NCBI GenBank assembly: GCA_964353455.1
Contig: CAYGWP010000582.1
Span: 1 to 42,022 of the forward strand
DNA length: 42,022 nucleotides
Direction of reading: 5' to 3'
Origin: an uncultured Anaerolineales bacterium
GTDB lineage: Bacteria; Planctomycetota; Phycisphaerae; FEN-1346
In this document: piece after piece, positions 17,971 through 25,781 of the stretch
Position numbering within the stretch: position 1 is the stretch's first letter
How the letters are laid out: each line of letters opens with the position of its first letter
Position numbers and translations under genes: made by a program
The notes under the pieces: model-generated
Told to the model about the DNA's origin: nothing
Seen by the model: only the letters and a program-made list of their open reading frames with translations
The model's database searches: none

Positions 17971-19145
17971 TGGCGAGCGTGTGTTTCTATTTTCAAGTCC
18001 ATCAGCCGTTCCGCCTGCGCCGGTATAGCGTGTTTGATTCCGACCCGAATTACTTCGACGAGTACAAGAACGCCGAAATCTGCCGCAAGGTCTCCCAGAA
18101 ATCCTACCTGCCTGCAAACCGGCTGATGCTCGAACTCATCCGGCGCTACGGCAGCGCATTCTCGGTCTCGTACTCCATCACGGGGGTGGCGCTGGAGCAG
18201 TTCCAGCGGTGGGCGCCCGATGCGGTCGATTCGTTCCGGGCGCTCGTGGATACCGGGCAGGTGGAAATCCTGGCCGAGACGTACTACCACAGCCTGGCCT
18301 TCCTGTACAGCCGCGAGGAATTCCGCGAGCAGGTTGTGGCACACTCGGCCAAGATCGCCGAGACGTTCGGCGTCCGGCCGAAGGTGTTCCGGAACACGGA
18401 ACTTATCTACAATAATGACCTGGCCCACTTCGTCCAGGAGATGGGCTTCCTGGGCATCTGCGCCGAGGGGGCCGACCACATCCTCGGCTACCGCAGCCCG
18501 AACTTCGTGTACCGGCCGGTCGGAACGGACCGCATCGCGCTCTTGCTGAAGAACTACCGCCTCTCCGACGACATCGCCTTCCGCTTCTCGGACCGCAACT
18601 GGAAAGAGTGGCCCCTGAAGGCCGAAAAGTTCGCCTCGTGGGTCAACGAGGTCAACGGCAACGGGTACATCATCAACCTCTTCATGGACTACGAGACGTT
18701 CGGCGAGCACCAGTGGGCCGACTCAGGCATCTTCGACTTCATGTACCATCTGCCCGAGTTCGTCCTGAAGCACCCCGACAACAACTTTATGACCCTCTCG
18801 CGGGCGGTGCAGACGTACGCGCCCGTGGCCGAACTCGACATCCCGCACATGGTCTCGTGGGCCGACATGGAGAGGGACCTATCGGCCTGGCTCGGCAACG
18901 CCATGCAGTCCAACGCCCTCCACGAACTCTACCGCCTTGAGGAGGCCGTCAAGGCCTCCGGCGACCCGCAACTGCTGCACGACTGGCGGCGGCTCCAGAC
19001 TTCCGACCACTTCTACTACATGTGCACCAAGTGGTTCGCCGACGGCGACGTGCACAAATCTTTCATTCCATGCGAATCCCCGTACGATTCCTACATCAAC
19101 TTCATGAACGCCCTCGACAACGTCCGCTCGCGGCTAAGGCGGTGA
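17970..19145 (+). CDS. GH57 alpha-amylase-like glycoside hydrolase
   Basis: YFQVHQP, ETYYHSL, FRNTELIY, FMDYETFGEHQW, LQTSDHFYYM. TAATG coupling to the GT4 gene. Confidence 0.92.
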   Translation: MASVCFYFQVHQPFRLRRYSVFDSDPNYFDEYKNAEICRKVSQKSYLPANRLMLELIRRYGSAFSVSYSITGVALEQFQRWAPDAVDSFRALVDTGQVEILAETYYHSLAFLYSREEFREQVVAHSAKIAETFGVRPKVFRNTELIYNNDLAHFVQEMGFLGICAEGADHILGYRSPNFVYRPVGTDRIALLLKNYRLSDDIAFRFSDRNWKEWPLKAEKFASWVNEVNGNGYIINLFMDYETFGEHQWADSGIFDFMYHLPEFVLKHPDNNFMTLSRAVQTYAPVAELDIPHMVSWADMERDLSAWLGNAMQSNALHELYRLEEAVKASGDPQLLHDWRRLQTSDHFYYMCTKWFADGDVHKSFIPCESPYDSYINFMNALDNVRSRLRR

Positions 19146-19215
19146 GTGGCGCCGACGGCGGATGGTCCTTGCCCTTTTCATCTGCAAGGGTAAGATAATA
19201 GGCGGAGGTGTTGCC

Positions 19216-19455
19216 ATGAATCGCACGTTTCATCTGACGGCCGTGATCTGGCGAGAGGGAAAAATGTACGTCTCCCGTTGTCCCGAGATTGGCGTGGCTT
19301 CTTACGGCAGAACTCCCGCCATCGCCCGCAAATCTCTCCAAGAGGCAGTAGAACTATGGATCGCCAACGCCCGCAAACTGGGAATTCTTAGCGACATTCA
19401 ACCGTCCCTTGAGAAGGAAGAACGTTACACCGCCCGGCTGGAAGTGGCCATTTGA
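19216..19455 (+). CDS. hicB: HicB-family antitoxin
   Basis: AVIWREGKMYVSRCPEIGVASYGRT...LQEAVELW. GGAGG RBS. Confidence 0.85.
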   Translation: MNRTFHLTAVIWREGKMYVSRCPEIGVASYGRTPAIARKSLQEAVELWIANARKLGILSDIQPSLEKEERYTARLEVAI

Positions 19456-19458
19456 GCC

Positions 19459-19642
19459 ATGACCAAGTTGCCATCCCTCTCATCCAGACAGATTATGCAA
19501 GCCCTGAGCCGGGCGGGATTTGTCGAGGCCCCTCGCAGAGGTAAGGCACGCCAAGGAAGCGTGGCTCCAGGCTGCCCGCGAGGCAGGCAAGCCAATCCCC
19601 CCGCCGCGCTATCGCCCCGCCATTTACCAGGCATCGCGCTGA
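19459..19642 (+). pseudogene. HicA toxin 5' fragment fused out of frame to the 3' end of a second HicB-like gene
   Basis: Frame A: MTKLPSLSSRQIMQALSRAGFVEAPRRGK (similarity ends just before the expected GSH). Frame B from about 19532: LAEVRHAKEAWLQAAREAGKPIPPPRYRPAIYQASR* (TGA 19640-19642). Confidence 0.75.
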
Positions 19643-19644
19643 GG

Positions 19645-19702
19645 CGCACTTCGCACTTCGCACTCCGTACTCCGCGTTCGGCGCTCCGCATTCCGCACTC
19701 CG
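19645..19702. repeat. Heptamer tandem tract, 8 degenerate units
   Basis: cgcactt cgcactt cgcactc cgtactc cgcgttc ggcgctc cgcattc cgcactc cg; same unit as the right arm at 9301-9325. Confidence 0.88.
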
Positions 19703-19802
19703 TGTTCCTTGCCTGCCCGGCCGCAGGGACCGGATTCGTGTTGCGTTTCGGTTGCATGCGGCAAATCGTCTTAAAGTCAGACCAAATCGAAAGGGGGTTT
19801 AT

Positions 19803-20537
19803 ATGACCACGGAAGAACTGGCCCGCGCGAAGCGCCGCAACTGCCACCTGCTCATCTGTGCCGCCGTCTGCCTGGGGATGATTTTCGCATTGGCTTTCCT
19901 CCCTCAACCCGGCCTGCTCGGCACAGCGCAAGCCGCTGACCCAGTCAACCCCTATGAGGCTGAGATCACCCGGTTGCAAGCCGAGGTCAACCTGCTTAAG
20001 CGGGAGAACGAGCCGCCTGCCGTCCATGATTGGACCGTTCCTCAGATCATCATAATGATTGTTCAGGTTGTAATCGCAGGGGGAATGCTGTGGACCGCCA
20101 TCCTGTCCTACAAAACAGCCAATAAGGCTCGAATGGTGGCGAAGCGGTCGCTGGCCGTGACCATGTGGGCTGGCATAGTCGCCGAAGCGCAATGGGGACC
20201 CAACGAATTGCCGGGTACCGGCACCACGATACACAATGAACTTCTCAGGATGACGTTGAAGAATCCTGGTCCGGGGCCAGCCCGATTGCACGGTCTTTAC
20301 CGTGAGGAAAAACTCGTAGACGGTCTTCAGAATATCAGGCTCTTCCCCGGCACGGCGTTCGACGGGCCCTTTGCCGAACTTGCGAAATTGCTCAAAAAGG
20401 ATCCTACGAAGGATTTTGTCTGCTATTTCCTATATACCGACGATCTGAAGCGACATTGGCAGCAATATTATCGGATCAACGCAAGCCGATATGCGTGCGT
20501 TCCCATGGACACGGTACGCATGCCTTCCCTTCCCTGA
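19803..20537 (+). CDS. Hypothetical membrane protein (2 TM, short coiled coil), lower GC
   Basis: AAGGGG RBS; two hydrophobic segments; atypical codon usage; no recognised motif. Confidence 0.7.
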   Translation: MTTEELARAKRRNCHLLICAAVCLGMIFALAFLPQPGLLGTAQAADPVNPYEAEITRLQAEVNLLKRENEPPAVHDWTVPQIIIMIVQVVIAGGMLWTAILSYKTANKARMVAKRSLAVTMWAGIVAEAQWGPNELPGTGTTIHNELLRMTLKNPGPGPARLHGLYREEKLVDGLQNIRLFPGTAFDGPFAELAKLLKKDPTKDFVCYFLYTDDLKRHWQQYYRINASRYACVPMDTVRMPSLP

Positions 20538-20604
20538 TCTGCTTGATAGGGCGAATGGCAACGACGGCGTATAATGTTGGAGTCATATCAGAGGAGAAAA
20601 AACC

Positions 20605-21069
20605 ATGCAGAAAGTCAAAGTAATTCCGCTTATGGTCGGGTTGATCGGGTTGACGGTCTTGATGCTGTTCCCAATCTGGAACGTGACGTATAGGAATGAC
20701 GCAGGCCTTGATCAATACGTGCTGAAGGACGACGTCGTAAAGCAAACTCGCCAAGACGAGGGGGTAGTCACGCTGAACACGGCCGCTAAGAGGGGATTCT
20801 TATTCGGAGGAATCCCGAAGGTCGGATTGGACTTGGACCGATCCGCGCCAACACCTCAAGACTTCGAGCGTTTGCAAATCAAGGCTGACGCTGATGGTAT
20901 CAAGAAATGGGATTGCCCTTGGCAAGTCGTAAGCTACGTTTCGGGAACTGCCGACTACAAGCGTATGCTTATCGAAGCAGCGGTGGTCATATTCCTAAGC
21001 TTCGCATGGTACTTGACATTTTACCTTTACAAGAGAAAAAAAGCATGGGGAGGGGGTGCGGGGACGTGA
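20605..21069 (+). CDS. Hypothetical membrane protein (N- and C-terminal TM), lower GC
   Basis: GAGGAG RBS; TATAAT at 20570-20575; hydrophobic segments at both ends. Confidence 0.72.
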   Translation: MQKVKVIPLMVGLIGLTVLMLFPIWNVTYRNDAGLDQYVLKDDVVKQTRQDEGVVTLNTAAKRGFLFGGIPKVGLDLDRSAPTPQDFERLQIKADADGIKKWDCPWQVVSYVSGTADYKRMLIEAAVVIFLSFAWYLTFYLYKRKKAWGGGAGT

Positions 21070-21077
21070 TACTTATC

Positions 21078-21212
21078 TGGGGAGTTCCGGGGACCGCACT
21101 CTGCCTACGACGCTCGCGGCCTGACAGCCTGCCCGCTCCCTGACGGTCGCGCCTCGGTTTTTCACTCCGCATTCCCTTCGGCTGCGCTCAGGGCAGGCCC
21201 CACTCCGCGCTC
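21078..21212. repeat. Stack of REP-like and heptamer repeats
   Basis: ggggagttccggggac; cccgctccctgacggtcgcgcctcgg (21132-21157); heptamers cactccg cattcc ... cactccg cgctc interrupted by cttcggctgcgctcagggcagg. Confidence 0.6.
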
Positions 21213-21218
21213 AAACAA

Positions 21219-21247
21219 TTGAATTGGCCCTGTCGCCGCCTTATAAT
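21219..21247 (+). promoter_or_regulatory. Sigma70-type promoter for the GH15 gene
   Basis: TTGAAT-N17-TATAAT; GGAGGG RBS before the GTG at 21283. Confidence 0.75.
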
Positions 21248-21282
21248 CTCATGCGCACGAGGGGCAGGGCGGGAGGGTTACG

Positions 21283-23643
21283 GTGCCGCGCGATATCCCT
21301 GTCGGAAACGGCAACCTGCTGGTCTGCTTCGATTCCGACTATCAAATCCGCGACATCTACTACCCCTACGTGGGGCAGGAAAACCACGCAGGCTGGGGAC
21401 CCTGCCGATTCGGCGTATTCGCCGACGGCCGCATCGCCTGGACTTCCGACCCGGGGTGGCAGAAGTCCCTCGAGTACATGCGGGAAACCCTGGCCACACA
21501 GATCACGCTCACCAACGACGGCCTGAAGGTCCACATGGTGTGCAACGACTGCGTGGACTTTAACCGCAACGTCTTCATCAAGAGAGTCGAGGTCACGAAC
21601 CGCGGCGACAAGCGGCGCGAAATCCGCCTCTTCCTTCAGCAGGACCTCTCGATGTACGGGTCGAAGGTGGGCGACACGGCCTACTACGACCCGCGCCTGT
21701 CGGCCGTGGTCCATTACCGCGGCGCGCGGTACATCCTGGCCTCGTTCTGCCGCAGGATGCCCGACGGCAAAGACCGGCACGGCTGCGACAGTTTCGCCAC
21801 GGGCACGTGCGGGTTCCGCGGCGCTGAAGGCACCTGGCGCGACGCCGAGGACGGCGTCCTCTCCGGCAACCCCATCAGCCAGGGGGCCGTCGATTCCACC
21901 ATCGGCCTCTCGGTCACCCTCGAACCCGGGGCGAGCGAAATCGTCTTCTACTACCTGGTGGCGGCCCAGTCCTGGCACGAACTCCACGACCTCCACGCCA
22001 TCGTCCAGGCCCGGTCGCCGGCGGCCATGCTCGAACGGACCGTCGGCTACTGGCGGGCCTGGGTCAACGGACCGGCCTTCAACTTCGGCAACCTGCCGCC
22101 CAGGGTCCGCGACCTCTTCAAGCGCAGCCTCCTGGTGGTCCGCACGCAGATCGACAACCGCGGCGCCATCATCGCCGCCACCGATTCCGACGTCCTCCAG
22201 TTCTCTCGCGACACCTACTCCTACATGTGGCCCCGCGACGGCGCCCTCGTGTGCCACGCCCTCGACCTCGCAGGGTTCCCCGATGTCACGCGCCGCTTCT
22301 ACACCTGGTGCCGCGACGTCCTCACCGCGGAAGGGTACCTTTTGCACAAGTACAACCCCGACGGCACGCCGGCCTCGTCGTGGCACCCGTGGGTGGTCGA
22401 TGGCAAGGAGCGGCTGCCCATCCAGGAGGACCAGACGGCCGTGGTCCTGTGGTCGCTCTGGCGGCACTTCTGGCTGTACCGCGACGTGGAGTACGTCCGG
22501 CCCCTCTACCATTCGCTCATCTGCAAGGCCGCCGACTTCATGGTCAACTTCCGCGACCCCGAGACGCACCTGCCCCTGCCCTCTTACGACCTGTGGGAAG
22601 AGAGGTACGGCGTCCACACGTACACGACGGCGACGGTGTACGGGGGGCTGATTGCGGCCCGGAACTTCGCCCAGACATTCAGCGACGCCGAGCGGGCCGA
22701 GCGCTACGACCGCGCGGCAATCGAGGTCCGCGAAGCGATGGCCAAGCACCTCTGGAGCGACAGCCTTCAGCGGTTCATACGGCGACTGGTCCCGACCGAC
22801 AAGGGCGGATGGGAGGTCGATTCCACCATCGACGCCAGCCTCTTCGCGGTCTTCAAGTTCCACGCCTTCGAGGCCAACGACCCGCGCGTCAAGAGCACCA
22901 TGGACGCCGTCTCAAAGGCCCTCTGGGTCAACACCCCCGTCGGCGGCATCGCGCGGTACCAGAACGACACCTACTATCGCGTCACGAGTGATAAGCGCGC
23001 CGTGCCGGGCAACCCGTGGTTCGTCTGCACGATCTGGATGGCCGACTATTACATTTCGCGCGGCTCGACGATCGAGGAACTCAAGGAAGCCCTCCCCATC
23101 TTCGAGTGGGCCGCCAGCCACGCGCTCCCCTCCGGCGTCCTGGCCGAGCAGGTTGACCCGTACACCAACCGCCCCCTCTCCGTCAGCCCGCTCACGTGGA
23201 GTCATGGCACGTTCGTCCTGACTTTGATGAAATACCTCCAGAAACTGGAGGACCTGCACCGATGCCCGACGTGCGGCCGCAGCATCTTCCGGATGGACCG
23301 CGGCGGCCGGCACCAGATCCGCAGCCACTCCTGGCTCGAGGCCCACGAGGTCTCCGAGGTGGACGAGCAGACGCCCGACCTCGTCAGCGTCGGCACCTTC
23401 AGCGAGGACGGACGCCGCGTCACACTCTCCGTCAACACCCGCGACTGCGTCGGCTGCGGCGTGTGCCTGGCAAGATGCCAGCCGAGAATCTTTGAAATGT
23501 GCAATGATAAATCCTTCATCAGCGTACGGCGGCTGGCCGCGTGCGTCCTCTGCCGAGAGTGCGAAACGTATTGCCCGATCCGCGTGGTCCGCCTGAACGT
23601 TGAGCCGACCGACCAGGCCGCCGCCAAACCGTCGAATGGTTAG
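21283..23643 (+). CDS. GH15 glucoamylase-like hydrolase with C-terminal CxxC and 2x[4Fe-4S] ferredoxin domain
   Basis: YSYMWPRDG, DLWEE (acid), LAEQ (base), SVSPLTWSH; then CPTCG, CVGCGVCLARCQ and CVLCRECETYCP. Confidence 0.9.
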   Translation: MPRDIPVGNGNLLVCFDSDYQIRDIYYPYVGQENHAGWGPCRFGVFADGRIAWTSDPGWQKSLEYMRETLATQITLTNDGLKVHMVCNDCVDFNRNVFIKRVEVTNRGDKRREIRLFLQQDLSMYGSKVGDTAYYDPRLSAVVHYRGARYILASFCRRMPDGKDRHGCDSFATGTCGFRGAEGTWRDAEDGVLSGNPISQGAVDSTIGLSVTLEPGASEIVFYYLVAAQSWHELHDLHAIVQARSPAAMLERTVGYWRAWVNGPAFNFGNLPPRVRDLFKRSLLVVRTQIDNRGAIIAATDSDVLQFSRDTYSYMWPRDGALVCHALDLAGFPDVTRRFYTWCRDVLTAEGYLLHKYNPDGTPASSWHPWVVDGKERLPIQEDQTAVVLWSLWRHFWLYRDVEYVRPLYHSLICKAADFMVNFRDPETHLPLPSYDLWEERYGVHTYTTATVYGGLIAARNFAQTFSDAERAERYDRAAIEVREAMAKHLWSDSLQRFIRRLVPTDKGGWEVDSTIDASLFAVFKFHAFEANDPRVKSTMDAVSKALWVNTPVGGIARYQNDTYYRVTSDKRAVPGNPWFVCTIWMADYYISRGSTIEELKEALPIFEWAASHALPSGVLAEQVDPYTNRPLSVSPLTWSHGTFVLTLMKYLQKLEDLHRCPTCGRSIFRMDRGGRHQIRSHSWLEAHEVSEVDEQTPDLVSVGTFSEDGRRVTLSVNTRDCVGCGVCLARCQPRIFEMCNDKSFISVRRLAACVLCRECETYCPIRVVRLNVEPTDQAAAKPSNG

Positions 23644-23657
23644 CGCCTCGATTCGGG

Positions 23658-23741
23658 GGGTGGCACGGCCACGCTGTTGGGTGGCCGTGGTAACATCCGA
23701 ACGGCTGACCACGGTCACGCAACAGCGTGACCGTGCCACCC
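23658..23741. repeat. REP doublet (REPIN-like): two inverted 32-bp units, each an internal hairpin
   Basis: gggtggcacggccacgctgttgggtggccgtg ... cacggtcacgcaacagcgtgaccgtgccaccc (3 mismatches between arms). Confidence 0.82.
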
Positions 23742-23771
23742 GGCAAGGCCGGGCCGCTACGGGGGTTATCC

Positions 23772-25781
23772 ATGCACCTTGACGCCGCCGCACTCCGAGA
23801 CCGTGACCGCTCGCTCGCCGCCGAGTGGCTCATCGCCGACGGCGCAGGCGGATACGCATCCTCCACGCCGCTCCTCTGCGGCACGCGGCGATACCACGGA
23901 CTCTGGGTCCCCGCCATGCGTCCGCCCGTTGACCGGCGGGTCGTCTTGTCGCACATCGACGAGAGAATCCAGACCGACGGCGTCGAGACCTTCCTCTCAA
24001 CCACCGAGTACGGCAGCGGCTTCTTCCCCGACGGCTCGCCCGCCGCCGAATCGTTCGACTCCGAGCCCCTGCCGCGCCTCGTCTCCAGCGCCGGCGGCAC
24101 GACGGTCCAGCGCGAGGTCGTCCTACTCAGGGACGGCGCCGGCGTGTGCATCGTGTACCGAGTCCGCTCCGAGAAGCACTGGACGCTGGCCCTCTCGCCG
24201 ATGCTGGCCTTGCGGTCGATGCACCACCTCGTCCACCGCCACGATGCGTTCCGCGTCGAGGAACTCGCCGCGGCCGGCGGCTTCCGCGTCATCACGGAGG
24301 GGTTGCCCGGCGTGTTTCTCTGGCTCGACATGCCCGGCGGCAAGGGCGCGAAGTCCGTGGAGGTCTCCGCGGAGACCGGCCCGCTCTGGTACTTCGGCGT
24401 CCTGAGGCGCGTGGAGCGCGAGCGCGGCTTCGACCACTTCGAGGACCTCCTCACGCCGGGCCGCTGGACGATCTCCGGCACAGGTCCGGCCGAGTGGCGC
24501 CTGGCCTGCTCGTTCGAACCGCCGCGCAAGATCGACGTCGGGGCGGAACTAAGGTCGCTCATCACACGCCGCGCCGACCTGGCGGTCCGCGCTGGGGCCG
24601 AGATGGACCAGCGCCTTTCGCGCCTGGCCGTGGCAGCCGATGCCTTCATCGTCCGCCGCCGCGTCGGCACAGAGGACTTGGCCACCGTCATCGCCGGCTA
24701 CCACTGGTTCGGCGACTGGGGCCGCGACACCCTCATCGCCCTACCGGGCCTGGCCATGGAAACGGGCCGCCTCGACGTGGCCGAGAAAATCCTGCGGGCC
24801 TTCGCCGGGCGTACGCCCGACGGCCTCGTCCCGAACTGTTACGACGAGAACACCGGCCAAGCCCAGTACAACACAGTCGATGCGAGCCTGTGGTTCCTCC
24901 AGGCGACCGCCGCCTTCGCTCGGGCCGGCGGCAGCGAACGGTTCGTCCGCGAGGAACTCTGGCCCGCCGCATGCCAGATCTCGGAGCGGTATCGACGCGG
25001 CACGGCCTTCGGCATCCACGCCGACTCCGACGGCCTCATCACCGCCGGGTCGCCGGAGACGCAACTCACGTGGATGGATGCCACCAGCCGCGGCCGGCCT
25101 GTCACGCCGCGCTACGGCAAGGCCGTCGAGATCAACGCCCTCTGGATCTCCGGCCTGGGCGAGATGCAGGAGTTGGCATCGCGTCTGCGCCTCGCGCCGC
25201 CGCCCGCCGCAGCCGACCTGGAGCGCACGAGCCGCGCGTTCGCCAACCTCTTCTGGAACCCCGAGCGCCGCTGCCTGTACGACTGCGTATTCCCGGACGG
25301 CCGGCGCGACCCGTCGGTGCGACCGAACCAGATATTCGCCGTCGGCCTGCCGCACGCGCCACTCTCCGGGGAGCAGGCGAAGGCCGTCGTCCGGACGGTC
25401 CGCAAAAAATTGCTGACGCCCAGGGGCCTGCGGACACTCGCGCCCGACGACCCGGCCTATCGCGGTCGCTACGCCGGCGGACCCGACGAGCGCGATGCCG
25501 CCTACCACCAGGGGACCGTCTGGCCGTGGCTCCTCGGTCCGTACGTCGATGCCTCGTTTGCGGTGGAGGACCAGCGGTGCGCCCGCGGCGAGGCACGGCA
25601 GATCCTGGGCGGACTCCTCGACTCGATGGATGAGGCGGGGCTCGGATACATCAGCGAGATTTTCGACGGCGACCCCCCGCCAGACGGATGGGCGGGCCGC
25701 GGCTGCATCGCCCAAGCCTGGAGCGTCGCGGCAGCCATCCACATCTGGAAATGCCTCGCCCTGACCGGAGGCCTGACGTAA
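23772..25781 (+). CDS. Glycogen debranching enzyme / amylo-alpha-1,6-glucosidase (GH133-like)
   Basis: EWLIADGAGGYASS, TRRYHGL, IAGYHWFGDWGRDT, TWMDA, GKAVEINALW, RPNQ, YHQGTVWPWL, SEIFDGD, AQAWS. Confidence 0.93.
   Translation: MHLDAAALRDRDRSLAAEWLIADGAGGYASSTPLLCGTRRYHGLWVPAMRPPVDRRVVLSHIDERIQTDGVETFLSTTEYGSGFFPDGSPAAESFDSEPLPRLVSSAGGTTVQREVVLLRDGAGVCIVYRVRSEKHWTLALSPMLALRSMHHLVHRHDAFRVEELAAAGGFRVITEGLPGVFLWLDMPGGKGAKSVEVSAETGPLWYFGVLRRVERERGFDHFEDLLTPGRWTISGTGPAEWRLACSFEPPRKIDVGAELRSLITRRADLAVRAGAEMDQRLSRLAVAADAFIVRRRVGTEDLATVIAGYHWFGDWGRDTLIALPGLAMETGRLDVAEKILRAFAGRTPDGLVPNCYDENTGQAQYNTVDASLWFLQATAAFARAGGSERFVREELWPAACQISERYRRGTAFGIHADSDGLITAGSPETQLTWMDATSRGRPVTPRYGKAVEINALWISGLGEMQELASRLRLAPPPAAADLERTSRAFANLFWNPERRCLYDCVFPDGRRDPSVRPNQIFAVGLPHAPLSGEQAKAVVRTVRKKLLTPRGLRTLAPDDPAYRGRYAGGPDERDAAYHQGTVWPWLLGPYVDASFAVEDQRCARGEARQILGGLLDSMDEAGLGYISEIFDGDPPPDGWAGRGCIAQAWSVAAAIHIWKCLALTGGLT

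Noticed and set aside
19459-19806. 115-aa ORF as an intact HicA toxin
   Set aside because: Similarity ends before the GSH motif; the rest is out-of-frame HicB remnant and translated heptamer repeat.
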